Assembly: GCA_028534125.1 (NCBI GenBank)
Contig: CM052818.1
Span: forward strand, 15,998,001 to 16,062,000
Direction of reading: 5' to 3'
Source of the DNA: Lama glama
Taxonomy: Eukaryota
DNA length: 64,000 nt
Below, one piece after another: positions 1 through 12,990 of this stretch. Under the pieces are notes generated by a model. That model was not told where the DNA came from and did no database searches. It saw only the letters and a program-made list of their open reading frames with translations. A program made the position numbers and the translations under genes. Within the stretch, counting starts at the first letter, position 1; the number at the start of each line of letters is the position of its first letter.

Positions 1-214
1 ATATGCTTAATGTATAAGTAATATATAATATTTTAAAACTCCTATATGAATGTGTTGGTTTGGAAAGGTTAATACTTTTTAATTATTCCCCAAAGAGCTA
101 ACCTAGACAAAGAACATTTGCCAGTCTCATCCTTGGCAGAGAATCTACAACTGTGTTTCAAAGAATGATATTCCAAAAATAAAAGTATATTTTATCTTAG
201 GATATTTAAGAAAT

Positions 215-476
215 CCTCCCACACTGCTGGTGGGAATGCAGTTTGGTGCAGCCACTGTGGAAAATAGTATGGAGATTCCTCAAAAGACTAGAAATAGACT
301 TACCATATGACCCAGGAATCCCGCTCCTGGGCATATATCCAGAAGGAACTCTACTTCAAAAAGACACGTGCACCCCAATGTTCACAGCAGCACTATTTAC
401 AATAGCCAAGATATGGAAACACTCGAAATGTCCATCAACAGATGACTGGATAAAGAAGATGTGGTATATTTATACA
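215..476 (+). mobile_element. Short L1 fragment (ORF2 C-terminal end), no 3' UTR or poly(A), 7-bp TSD
   Basis: Translates to [32 protein letters not shown]...KCPSTDDWIKKMWYIYT (L1 ORF2p C-terminus). AAGAAAT flanks it at 208-214 and 477-483. Confidence 0.9.
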
Positions 477-1245
477 AAGAAATAAATTTAATTTAAATTT
501 CCACCAACCATATTTTTCTCACTTCTGCTATATTTGAATATTACCTAATTTCACAGAAGTTTTATTTTCACTACTGTCTTGGGGGAATTAGCTTCTTCAC
601 CAGTGTGACTACCTATTCTGTTGTGGTGAGTGGTTTTATACCTTATGGTCATGCTGTTAGCTTTCTGAGCTGACTCCCTCCATCCTGTTCTCTCTCTCAC
701 GTCAGGCTGAGCTGCAACAGTAATGTACAAAGATAACAACACCGGCATCACTAACAAGGATAACATGTTCTAATCCTACTGACAACTTTTCTCAACAATT
801 TAATACCTTTTCTAAATAATTTTTAAATTTAATTTCCATTTGAGACATGACAGTAATTGGAGTTTATAAATCATTAGATAGTCTTTGCCTGTTTTTCTGT
901 CTTACTGGGTGTCTTTTAAAATGAAGATTTCACTATCTCACTATACTAATTAATGTACTTAACATCTAAATCTATGGATTTTACTGTATTTGGTGGTGCA
1001 AATCATATTTTATTAAAATTCATACTTACATTACTTTTTGTTGAATTTAAAATAGGCAAATTTCAAATGTAATACCAACTTTTGGAAGCAAAGGGACATG
1101 AGGTACTTAGAGGAAGGTGTTTGATGTGATTTTGAATTGTTCTACTGATTTGACAGTTACGATAATACTTTTAAAGTTTCCATTGTGTTACAGAATCTTT
1201 CTGCTTGGTAGAGAACAGGAATTAGTACTATTTCACTACTAGCTT

Positions 1246-1297
1246 TCTCTCCTTCCTTCCTCCTTCTTTTTCTTTCTCTCTCTTTCTTTCACTCTTT
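1246..1297. repeat. Pyrimidine-rich low-complexity repeat (TTCC/TTTC/TC)
   Basis: Seen directly in sequence. Confidence 0.8.
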
Positions 1298-1520
1298 CAT
1301 TAATTCCTTCTATTTCTATCAAACATTCAGAGCATAGTAATAATAATAATGATAATAAATTGACATAATTATTTTCAAATGTAACCTAATTACATTCTTA
1401 TAATACTCTTATGTAGTAGGTATTCTTGCTCTCTCTCTTTTTCAAATAAATATTCCAGGGGAAAATCACCTTTCCTATTCATTCATCCCTGAATCTTCTA
1501 CATTAATTTAAAAAATTGGT

Positions 1521-4265
1521 AGTCCAGGACCAGACGGCGTCACCAGGGAATTCTACCAAATATACAAAGAAGAACTCATACCAGTCCTTCTCAAACTACT
1601 CCAGAAGATTGAAAAAGAGGGAATACTCCCAACTTATTCTATGAAGCCACCATCACCCTGATACCAAAACCAGGCAAAGACACCACCAAAAAAGATAATT
1701 ACAGACCAATATCACTGATGAACATAGATGCAAAAATCCTTACCAAAATACTAGCAAATAGAATCCAACAGCACATAAAAAAGATTATACATCATGATCA
1801 AGTGGGGTTCATCCCAGGGACACAAGGATGGTTCAACATATGCAGATCAATCAATGTAATACATGACATCAACAAGAGAAAGGACAAAAACCACATGATC
1901 ATCTCAATAGCTGCAGAAAAAGCTTTTGATAAAATTCAACACCCATTTATGATAAAAACTCTCACCAAAATGGGTATAGAGGGAACATATCTCAACATCA
2001 TAAAAGCTATATATGACAAATCTACAGCCAGCATAGTACTCAATGGTGAAAAACTCAAAAGCTTCCCCCTAAAATCTGGGACAAGACAAGCCTGCCCACT
2101 ATCACCACTCCTATTCAACATAGTCTTGGAAGTCCTAGCCACAGCAATCAGGCAAGAGAAAGAAATAAAAGGGATCTAAATTGGAAAAGAAGAGGTAAAA
2201 GTGTCACTATATGCAGATGACATGATACTATATATAGAAAACCCTAAAAGATCCACACAAAAACTACTAGAGCTGATCGAAGAATTCAGCAAGGTAGCAG
2301 GTTATAAGATTAATGTTAAAAAATCAGTTGCATTTCTTTACACAAATGATGAATCAACAGAAAAAGAAATTAGAGAAACAATCACATTTAAAATAGAACC
2401 CAAAGTAATAAAATACCTAGGAGTAAATCTAACCAAAGAGGTGAAAGATTTATACATGGAAAACTATAAAACACTGATGAAGGAAATTAAAGACTTAAAA
2501 AAATGGAAAGATATCCCATGCATCTGGATTGGAAGAATCAATATTGTTAAAATGTTCATACTGCCCAAGGCAATCTACAGATTTAATGCAATCCCCATCA
2601 AATTACCCAGGACATATTTCACAGAACTAGAACAAATCATAATAAAATTTATACGGAACCACAAAAGACCTAGAATTGCCAAAGCATTAATGAAGAAAAA
2701 GAAAGAAGCTGGAGGAATAACTCTCCCAGACTTCAGAAAATACTACAGAGCTACAGTCATCAAGACAGCACAGTATTGGTACAAAAACAGACATATGGAC
2801 CAATGGGACAGAATAGAGAGCCCAGAAATGAACCCACAAACTTTTGGTCAACTGATCTTCAACAAAGGAGGCAAGAACATACAATGGAATAAAGACAGTC
2901 TCTTCAGCAAATGGTGCTGGGAAAACTGAACAGCAGCATGTAAGTCAATGAAGCTAGAACACTCCCTTACACCATACACAAAAATCAACTCAAAATGGAT
3001 CAAAGACTTAAACATAAAACAAGATACAATAAACCTCTTAGAAGAAAACATAGGCAAAACATTATCTGACATACATCTCAAAAATGTTCTCCTAGAACAG
3101 TCTGCCCAAGCAATAGAAATAAAAGCAAGAATAAACAAATGGGACCTAATGAAACTTACAAGCTTCTGCACAGCAAAGGAAACCAAAAGTAACATAAAAT
3201 GACAACCTACGCAATGGGAAAAAATTTTTGCAAATAAAACCGACAAAGGCTTGATCTCCAAAATATATAAGCAGCTCACACGATTTAATAAGAAAAAAAC
3301 AAATAAGCCAATCCAAAAATGGGCAGAAGACCTAAACAAGCAATTCTCCAAGGAAGAAATGCAAATGATGAATAGACACATGAAAAAGTGATTAATATCA
3401 CTAATTATCAGAGAAATGCAAATCAAAACTACGATGAGGTATCACCTCACACCAGTCAGAATGGCCATCATTCAAAAGTCCACAAATGATAAATGCTGGA
3501 GAGGGTGTGGAGAAAAGGGAACCCTCCTACACTGCTGGTGGGAATGCAGTTTGGTGCAGCTACTGTGGAAAATAGTATGGAGATTCCTCAAAAGACTAGG
3601 AATAAGGCTTCCCATATGACCCAGTAATCCCAATCCTGGGCATATATCCAGAAGGAACCTTACTTCAAAATGACACCTGCACCCCAATGTTCATAGTAGT
3701 ACTATTTACAACAGCCAAGACATGGAAACACTCGAAATGTCCTTTGACAGATGACTGGATAAAGAAGATGTGGTATAGTTAAACAATGGAATACTATTCA
3801 GCCATAAAAACGACAACATAACGCCATTTGCAGCAACATGGATGTCCCTGGAGAATGTCATTCTAAGTGAAATAAGCCAGAAAGAGAAAGAAAAATATCA
3901 CATGAGACTGCTCATATGTGGAATCTAAAAAAAAAAAAACAAAAACAAAAAATAGAAACAGACTCATAGACATAGAATACAAACTTGTGGTTGCCAGGGG
4001 AATGGGGGGTGGGAAGGGACTGGGATTTCAAAATGTAGAACAGACAAACAAGATTATACTGTATAGCACAGGGAAATATATACAGGATCTTGTGGTGGCT
4101 CACAGCGAAAGAGAATGTGACAACGAATGCATGTATGTTCATGTATAACTGAAAAATTGTGCTCTATGCTGAAATTTGACACAACATTGTAAAATGACTA
4201 TAACTCAATAAAAAAAAAGTTTACATATATAAATAATAAAAAATAAAAAAATAAAAAAATAAAAA
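1521..4265 (+). mobile_element. 5'-truncated young LINE-1 (ORF2 RT + C-terminal domain, 3' UTR, A-rich tail), inactivated
   Basis: Starts at SPGPDG. RT motifs [17 protein letters not shown] and YADD (~2209-2220). Stops at 2177-2179, 2927-2929 and 3200-3202. G-rich 3' UTR, AATAAA and A tail at ~4207-4267. Near-TSD AAAAAATTGGT (1510-1520) / AAAAACTTGGT (4263-4273). Confidence 0.97.
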
Positions 4266-5139
4266 AACTTGGTCACTTAGAAGTAAACTGCTTGAATTCA
4301 CAATGTTATTTGATCTTTTTAATAAAGCCATTAATCATTATGATAATAAATACCGATATTTAATTATCAAGGGATAAAATATATAATTTATACAATTAAT
4401 TTATCAATGCAGTACATAAAATTTCCTCCAGATCAATTTTTCAAAAATGCATACCTTAACAATAATCTCATCATAATTCACATTCTGATTTCTTTTAATT
4501 ATTGTAGAAGGCAAAGTAAGTAACTCCATGTTGTTGTTATGATACCATATATGTTGTAGGCAAAGTATACTGGGTTAATTCAATGAACACTGATTGGGTT
4601 TACCTACATAATCTTCCCATACACATTAGGCAAGAAACATGCAGTCATGTTAAAATTGAACTACATAATATCACAAACTCATATATTATAGAACAACTCT
4701 TTTCCCTCTCTTTCTCTTTTTTTTTTTTCAAATATTTCCCACAACTGTTTTAAAAGGAAAATGATCTCTCATATCAGACTCAGACGTATAGGAGAATTAC
4801 TAATCTACTTGGAATTAAAAAGCTGGAAAAATCTAATTTGTTTGTTACATATACATTATGTTTAATATTTTATCCCAAACTCCCTTTGAACAAAAGTTCA
4901 TACCTTCCCTTAATGTTGTTGACAATTCAAAATGTGCTAATTATTGGTCAAGAGGAATCAAAGCATTGATAATTTTAGAATATTCATTCTCAAAATACAT
5001 GTATATCTATTGTAATACTACATGAGAGGGTCAAGCAGTGCATCTTGCTACCAACAAAAATTACTATCATAGGTAGATACCTAAATTGACATCAAATAAA
5101 CTTACTTCACATTGAATCTGAATTTATATTTCATTACAA

Positions 5140-6010
5140 TATTTGTTTATTCAACAAGTATTTACTGACAATCAACTATGTGCTCTACAATTTTCTAGGT
5201 GCTGGGGATACAATAATGAGCAAAACAGACAACTCTATCTAGGTTACTCAGCACTTATTTTGAATGAATAAAATATACGTCAGAAAATGAAACGTGCTCT
5301 GAAGAAAAATTAAGTGGCGTAATGGTAAAGTAATAATAATCAGCAGGGTACAATTTTAAATAATATAGTCAAGGATGACATTATTGTGACAGTGACTTTT
5401 GAGCAGAACCTTAAAGTGAGTGGGCACCTGCGGAACTGCCCACCAAGCAGAGGAAACATCAAAGGAAATGGCCTTGAAGCAAGAGCTCAGTGAGGACGGT
5501 GTGGCTGGAGCAGAGTGCAAACAGCAGAAAATGAGTCCAAATACGTAAGATGAGAAAGTAACCTTGTAGAGTATTGCAAGGACTGACTTTTTTCGTGAGT
5601 GAGATGGGAAGCCATCAGAAGCTTTTGTGTGCAGATAAGTGATTTTTATATTTAAAAGATTATGTTGGCTCCTATATTGTGAATTTAGTGGTATATGTGG
5701 CCAAAAGGAGGTGAAGAGGCAGAAGCAGGGAGACCAGTTAAGGTGCTGTTCCAACAATCTACATGAAATATAAAAATGATTTTACTAAGATGCTAGTGGT
5801 TGAGGCGCTGTGAAACAGTCATATTTTGGACAGATTTTGAAGGTAACAGTAAAGTAACAGGACTTATCTATAGATTGCCAATTGCCTGTAGATTGGATGT
5901 GACATGTGGGAAAAATAAGTTTAGAACAGCTGGAAGAATGAAGTTGCCATTTGTTAGGAAGACTATGGGATAGGAGAATTTCAGGGAAAGTTTGTTTAAA
6001 ACCAGCTTCA
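5140..6010 (-). mobile_element. LINE-2 3' region remnant
   Basis: Begins ttgtttattcaacaagtatttactga...ctaggtgctggggataca (reverse-complement L2 3' end), followed by typical L2 purine-rich sequence. Confidence 0.75.
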
Positions 6011-6238
6011 TGAATACTTAAGCTTTCACATCCCAAAGAACTAGGTCTCATAAAAATCATACAGAAAATGAATAATTTTATTTTCCATTTTATAGATGTG
6101 AAAAAAAATCTATAGGTAAAATTCAGGAATCCACTATATTCACAGAATATGCTGTAAATGTTGTGAATTTTCTCTAGAAATGGACTGAGGTTAGCCCTCA
6201 ATCCAGATCATTTAGATTCCTGATCCCTCTAGGGGTGA

Positions 6239-6425
6239 CAGTGTTTCTAAATCAAGCTGTGCATCAGAATCACTTCTAAGATTTCATTTGGAAACAGTCT
6301 CTTGCCTAGACTTTTGGATATTCTCATTTAGTGGATTTGGGAAGGGAATGGGTCATCTGTGCTTTAAAGTAAAGCATCACAGTAGTTTCCAGAGCAGCTT
6401 CACTGTAGAGTCAGGCCTACAGACC
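6239..6425. mobile_element. MER5-like hAT-Charlie MITE remnant
   Basis: cagtgtttctaaa...gctgtgcatcagaatcac start typical of MER5A; degraded. Confidence 0.55.
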
Positions 6426-7337
6426 ATATCAAATGGTCTTCTACATATAGATGTCCTTGCTGGATATATTTTCTACCATGAAGAAAGATGAAATTATGAA
6501 AAGTTGAGAATATAGTTTTTATGGTAAAGATCTTCAGTGGATTCTGCTATTTAATGATGTTAGATACATGAATTTGCTTTTTTATAAAGATGGGGGGGAT
6601 TAATTTGGTGTTAAAGAGAGTGTAATTCAAGTGTTCATTTTTAGCTCTGTCCAATGGGCCCTAAGTTGCTGAGGAAACATATCAGGGGCTGAATCAGGGG
6701 CTCCAAAGAAGGCTGGTTCCAATTCTAATCATAATTATCTTGCTTTCAAGGGTTTTATTTAATATTTCATTTCAAAGAATATTTATATTTTATTAATTTA
6801 AAAAAATTGAATTAGAGAGATGATATTTATCCAGGATTCAAGACTCCAAACACTCAAATGCTCAATCAGCTTTGTGATATCACTGCTGCCTCCCTCTGGA
6901 ACAGTTTTGTCAAACGACACTAATCAATCAAAAGATGCTTACCAGTTAGTCTCATATTCATTGACACAACATTCTAGAGAAATAGTACCATCTATATGGA
7001 GACTCCATTGAAATAAATTTATTTGACTTTTTTTCTAGGGTAACTGAACAAAACAGGCGGGACTTACATGTACAGAGTTAAAACTAAGCAGAGGCAATCC
7101 TTTTTACTAACTTGAGCTTGATCCCTAAATTCCACAAAACTCTTCTGTTAAGGTGGACTAGATATGGGCGACTTTAACAATTATTTGCATAGAGTAGACT
7201 GATCTAATTAGAACAAAAGTAAGATTCTTTGGCCCTTTCCCTCACTAAAACCACACTCTTATTCTGGTTATTTCAATCTTAAAACACTTATTAGTAAATT
7301 AATGAGGAATTTAATTAAAAATATAAAGAAAGATTTT

Positions 7338-7792
7338 GTGTTAGTATAGGTTCTCTGATAAGCAGAAATTAAATACTGAGAAATTTATTATGGAAAAAGC
7401 CTGTGAGAGATAAAATGGGGAAGGAGACAGCCCAGGCTGAGAGAGGCAACAGATCACCTTACGCCTCTGACCCACAGTGAAAGAGACAGAGAAGGAAGGA
7501 GAGAAGTTTGCATGGAAGCATGTTAGGGTACAATGCAGTTCTAAGGAGATTTTGTCAAGGCCACTGGTGAATACTTCAGCCAAAGTCTCCCTGTGAAGGA
7601 GACCGACTTCTCCAGGAACGGGCTTGCATTAGCATCTTTACCTGGCTCAGTCATTGTCTGAAAGCAGTCACGGGAAATGTGGCCCCTGTGCAATCACTGC
7701 AATAGGTTTCAGAGGTTGCTGATGGAGCTTTTGATCATTTACGCTTTCTTTAGTTGGATATTTGAGAGGTACATTCTCATGACCACCATACA
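7338..7792 (-). mobile_element. Old ERVL-class LTR (LTR16/LTR33-like)
   Basis: TG...ggttctctgataagcaga...tttatt start and ...accataca end; ~450 bp. Confidence 0.55.
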
Positions 7793-8835
7793 TTAATATT
7801 CTAAAGATGTGTACTTGCATGTCTGAGTCTGTGTTGCTTATTCATCCATTGCTGCTGAATTCAGGTTAAAACTTTGTCTCCTAAACTGTCCAGGCTGGGG
7901 ACGTTCCCGAATTCAACTTCAAGAAATGGACCAGAGAAAATGATATTCTTTCTTTTCATACTACCACTTACACAGTTTAAGGTCTAGTTTTTCTTTCTTT
8001 TTTTAATGTCCGGTTTTTCTATTTCTTCCTACTATTTCTATATTCAAAACAACGGGGGAATAGAATTTGCTCTTGTTTCTACATAAAAAGAGGGGATTTT
8101 CCCCAAAAGGCACCATTAAGGAAGACTGAAGGTGCCAGTCCCGAGGCTGTGTGAACTGAGCAGTTCTTCAGCACTGATTCCTCTCATTCCTCAACCTCAC
8201 CAGCTCATGGTATATGCTACCTCAAGGGGCAAGATTTATTCATGGAATGACTCCACAGAAAAATGTACAACAAGTGAAGCAGTTCTGCTGTTAGGGTGAT
8301 GGAATGACTTCTTTATGCCCTGTCTGTAAAGGGATTGATGTTTACTCCCAGTTATCTCTATGCTTTGGCTTCAATTTAAGATTACCAGGTGCCTGCCTTT
8401 CTATGGAAGAAACTTGAGGATATTTAAAAGGGATGAGAAATATTCCTGAAGTTACATTCCTTCACTCCAACCATAAATCTAGGCTAGTTCCAAATGAATA
8501 TGGATGATTTCAGTGTCAGGTCCCTTACAAACTATAGGGATTTAGAGAATTTGTATCCTAGAAAGGAGATAAGCGTAATGATGTTAGAAATCTTGAGATT
8601 TTTGTTTTAGTCTTAGTTTTTCTCTGTGACTTTGAGAAAATCATTTAAACACTTTGAATCAAACGTTTCTTATCTGAGCTGGCTAAACTAGCACACCGAT
8701 GTAATACCTCCAGGAGTTCTATAGTATGGCAGCCCTATGTTATAGTTACTCTCCCACCTTTCAAAATCTATTATTTTAATCAGTAACACAGAAGATCTCA
8801 AAGAGTGGAATTTCTATGATAGTCTTCAGTTGCGT

Positions 8836-8927
8836 ATATGTGTGTGTGTGTTTAGGTACATACACTCATATATATACTATATGTTTTATATGTATGTTTT
8901 ATACATACACACACACACACACACACA
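8836..8927. repeat. (TG)n / AT-rich spacer / (CA)n microsatellite
   Basis: Seen directly in sequence. Confidence 0.85.
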
Positions 8928-9029
8928 AATGGTAGAATTATTTTAGGAATGAAGAAAGAATGAAAACAAAGCAGGGAATTTTAAAGCCATGAAACATCTT
9001 AGTTCAGATTTTAAAAACAGCTATTTTGA

Positions 9030-9190
9030 GTCTACCTGCACCATAAACAACCATAATATTTTTAAAAAATACAGATTCCAGAGCCTTACTGTAGATCTTC
9101 TAATAAAGACTCCTTTGACATAGGACCCAGGAATCTTAATTTTTAACAAAGTCTCTGGATGGCTTTGTTATACATGAATGTTTATGGTTC
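9030..9190. mobile_element. MER5-like hAT MITE remnant
   Basis: aaaatacagattccagagcc...ggacccaggaatct...ttttaacaa motif series. Confidence 0.55.
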
Positions 9191-9449
9191 TTCTAATCTA
9201 AATCCTCCTTTTTATAGATGAAGAAACTGAAGATCAGAGGTGACAATATTCATATATTGAGTAGAACTAATCAAAATGATCTAAGTAGCTAGTATTTGAA
9301 TTCTAACTGAAATATTCATATCATTTATTCCTTCATTTAGTCATTCCTTTAACAAAATTTTATTAAATATTTACTCAGGTACAATGCTAAGTATTTATAT
9401 TATCTAATACTCAAACATCTCTATATTACAGTAGCTCAGAAGTTATAAC

Positions 9450-10099
9450 TGTGGCAGATAGAGTAGGGGGCCTCTGGAAGAAGAGAACCAAGCATAGCAT
9501 TCTTGACATAAGAGGAGCCACTGTAGGCCTAAGCCATTTCATGATCTCAGCCTGATCACAATGTTTGCCCCTGCAGAAAAGGCCTCAGTAGTTGATAATT
9601 CCAAAGGAATAAAGAACGTAAGAACAAACAACTATTACTAGGACAGGGAGATAACCATATCGAAGACAATAGACCTGCTGTAAAGACTCCCAATTCTGTT
9701 TCCAAGGTAAAGATTGGCCTGAAGCACATTCTTGAGCTGTTCTGCAGAATCCAAACCTTCTCTAACATTCAAACACCAGATTTACTAGAGCCTGAGGAAT
9801 GATGTGGCTGACTTTTGCTGACCCTCATGACTTGAGCCAACTAGAGCCTGAACTCTGTCAAACTTTGTCAATACTATGTGGGAATTCTCTTTTGCTCTAG
9901 TCCCTTCGTGAGTATGCACACATCCTTAGCTTAAAATTTCCCCAATTTCGCTGTTCAGGGAGACACTGCTCTGGGAAATATTCCTGGTGTTCTCCTTACT
10001 TGTTGTGAGTAATGAAAGGCTTCCTTCTCCTGCTCTTTGGCTTGGTTGTGTCTTTTGGCTCAATGCCAACCACAAGGAGAACACAGATTTCAGGTAACA
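9450..10099 (+). mobile_element. Solo LTR, ERV1 class
   Basis: TG...CA termini (tgtggcag...ggtaaca), 650 bp, near 4-bp TSD TAAC/TAAT; GC-richer than flanks. Confidence 0.75.
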
Positions 10100-11256
10100 T
10101 AATTACTTCTCAGGAGACTGAGGCTAAGCACTTTTAAATAGCTTGCTTACTTTCTGACTCTTAGTAAGCTGGTGGTTTTAACTTTCAAACTCTAGCTCCT
10201 TAACCTCAACTTGAGTTTCCTCCAGAGGCAGAAAAAGACTAATATTTATTGTCTGCCTATGATACAGCAAGGACTTTGATATATGTTATGTCATTTAATC
10301 TTTCCTCACTGAATTGGATAATATATATTTCTTACCTATACAAAAGAGATAATTAAGGCTTGAAAGTTTAAAGGTACAGGACTAAGACCACAAAAGCCCA
10401 GGCGTTTGACTTCTAGCCTTCAATGAATAATTTAATATGTTTTTAGATCTGAAGGCTATAACTAGCTACTTGAAAATTCTGTAGGTTTAAGTGTGAAGAT
10501 CTAGACTTTCTGAAAGGATGTCAACTCAGACCCTCAGCTTCTGACTTCTGAACTGCATGTATTTCTGACAATGCTGGTGTCCAGCTCACTGTGCTGGATG
10601 TTCCCTTCAGCCTGTCAGCTGAGTTATCAATGGCTGTGTGTTTCAATCAAACAGTGAAATGAAGAGTAAATGAATGTGGTTATTTCCCCATATTTCAGTT
10701 TGCTGCCTAGGAATACTGTCAGCTGGGACCATGCATTATGCTAATGTTATTGCAGTATTGTCTTCTTTGCATTCCAACTGGGACTACTTTTGTTCTCACA
10801 GAATGTACCTCACTGAAATCTGGAAGCACCTGGTTTACATATTCACTGCCACTCTTGGCTTCCTCAGGGACCATTTCAAAGTGCTAGACGATGGTAAGCA
10901 AATTAGTTATTTGATTTCAATGAACTAAGGTCAACATAACATCTGTTTTCTTCAACTTTGCTATCACCTTTATTTCTGCAGTTTTCGCTTGTGCCTGTGA
11001 TTCATTCTGTCATCTAAGAGCATTTTGGTGACCTGGAACCTCTTGTCTTTCCTGGCAGTGTTCTTTCAAGTTATTTTCTTGGAACATCCTGGGCAGCAAA
11101 CTATGACTGATTAACCAATAAACATACCTCAAATTCTGCTATTTTCAAACTATACAAATGTTCTTTCTTTCAAGTGAATTGAGCAGTGGCATTTGACACA
11201 GTAAATTAAAACATTTTTGTTGTTAGTCTGGGAAAAGGAAGACAAAGTCCTTTGTC

Positions 11257-11294
11257 ACCCACTTCCATATCAAATACCCACTTCCATATCAAAT
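11257..11294. repeat. Perfect 19-bp tandem duplication ACCCACTTCCATATCAAAT x2
   Basis: Seen directly at 11257-11275 and 11276-11294. Confidence 0.95.
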
Positions 11295-11959
11295 AAACCT
11301 AAGGCAATGCATTCATTAATCAAATATCTTATAGAACAAAACATTTACTAAACAAATATTTTTGGTATTATTTGCTTATTTTTGAAATCTGCCCTTTAAG
11401 AACTAGGAAACTTAGAAAAATCTTTCAAAATATGCAATCACCATTATTCCCCCAAATCATGTGCTTTCCAATGCAAATTCCTTTTGGCCAAAATGGCAGA
11501 TCACATGGGTTCACATGAGGAATGGATAAGACTGGACTGACTTAGGTTGTTGTTCTACAGTGTTAGAAGCAGTCTCAATCTAAAGGATAAGTACAAGTAT
11601 TGTCCTGAAGGAGAACCAAAGTCAGAGTGAAGTGAGAGGCATCAGGTGTCAGGTTCAAGAGGTGAATGTGGAAAAATGAAACCAAAACATCAGGAGCAAC
11701 AATATGGAACAGACAGCAACAACATGGAAACTGAATGAATTTTTGCAGCCATTCTTTGATCCTCTCTTTTCAATACCCTTTCCTCGCCCCATGGAACACC
11801 TCATCATTTTCTGTGAGTTCCACTCTGGGCCATGGTTCAAATAACCATTGTTTTCCTCCAGCTGACCTGCAATACCTGTTGCCATTAAGACACTATTACT
11901 TAAGTCCTTAATGCGTTTCCAAGCCTCCATTATAAAATGATTTCATTCCATGATCTATA

Positions 11960-12990
11960 CAGAACTTATACTCAGCTGTGTATTTAGAAAGTAAATCAGA
12001 TCACTTTACTATTCTGCTTTAAACTTTCCAGTAGTTGTTAATTATTCTTACGGTTTATAAGACCCAGCATGATTTTACTTCTACCTGTCTGCCCCTCTTC
12101 ATTTTATACTTTCATGCCTCACTCTCCCACTTCACTATATGTGAGCCACACCTGACTTCTTTCTCTTCCTTAGATATGCCCTTTCCAACACAATGCCTTT
12201 GCGTTGTTCATTACTTTGCAGTTCTTTTACCAGCTCTTCAAATGACTAACATTAGCACCTTTCTTTTGCTCTCTGATCAAATATCAGCTTCTCAAAAAGC
12301 CCTCTCTGGACAGCCTTTCATAGTAAGCTCCTAACACTCACATTTTATTCTCTATTACATCACTTAAGTTACTTCCCTATACCATGCTCTCAACTTGCAA
12401 TGTAATGGATTCTATAGACTGGCCCACTCAGCCCCCACTCTACCCTCTCTCTAGGTTGCTTTCCTATACCACAGAGACTGGTAAACTAAAATCTATACTT
12501 CCTGGACTCTTTTCCACTAGGATTCTAGATGAAAATAAGTGTTATGTGACATTCGCAAAGTAGAAGTGAGGTGCAGGCTATATCTTCTTACTGCTTTTGT
12601 TGACAAGCAATGTGGTAGAGCTGAGAATGCCAAGACACTATTGAAAAGATCGAACTTTGTGTTTCAGTGTATACGCTTTAGTTCTATGAATGTCAGAAGC
12701 AACAGTGGTGCAAAACCAGCTTCATGAGTTGAGCTGAGCCATGATGGAGTGCTCTTAAACATAAGTGTACCAGGGGCAGGCCTCTGATTCTCACTTTTTC
12801 AGCCTTTCAATCTATGTTTGTTTTTTTGTTTGTTTGTTTGTTTTGTTTTTTCCTTCTGCCTTTACTAGAATGTAAGCTCAAAGAGGACAAGGACATGTCT
12901 TATTCAGCACTGAACAACTGTTTAACACTGAAACAATTCTTGGTACAGAGTAAAGGCTAATGAATATTGATTGAACACATGAGTGAATAA
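11960..12990 (+). mobile_element. LINE-2 3' remnant interrupted by an LTR
   Basis: aaatcagatcact...gccacacctgacttct...actagaatgtaagctc...aatgaatattgattgaa pattern of the L2 3' end. Confidence 0.7.
12401..12810 (+). mobile_element. Old ERVL-class LTR fragment nested in L2
   Basis: Starts tgtaatggattc...cccactcagcccc and interrupts L2 homology. Confidence 0.5.

Noticed and set aside
551..766. Minus-strand ORF starting with signal-peptide-like MLSLLVMPVLLSLYITVAAQPD followed by GTGAGA
   Set aside because: No recognisable protein, only a moderate donor site, and no promoter evidence; plausible by chance in AT-rich DNA.
1718..3687. ORFs up to 242 aa on both strands as host genes
   Set aside because: Sense ORFs are pieces of broken L1 ORF2 and antisense ORFs are their shadows. 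The same applies at 24364-27376 and 45532-50712.
5356..6201. 133-aa and 138-aa minus-strand ORFs
   Set aside because: They lie largely within an L2 remnant, have non-ATG starts and show no protein motifs.
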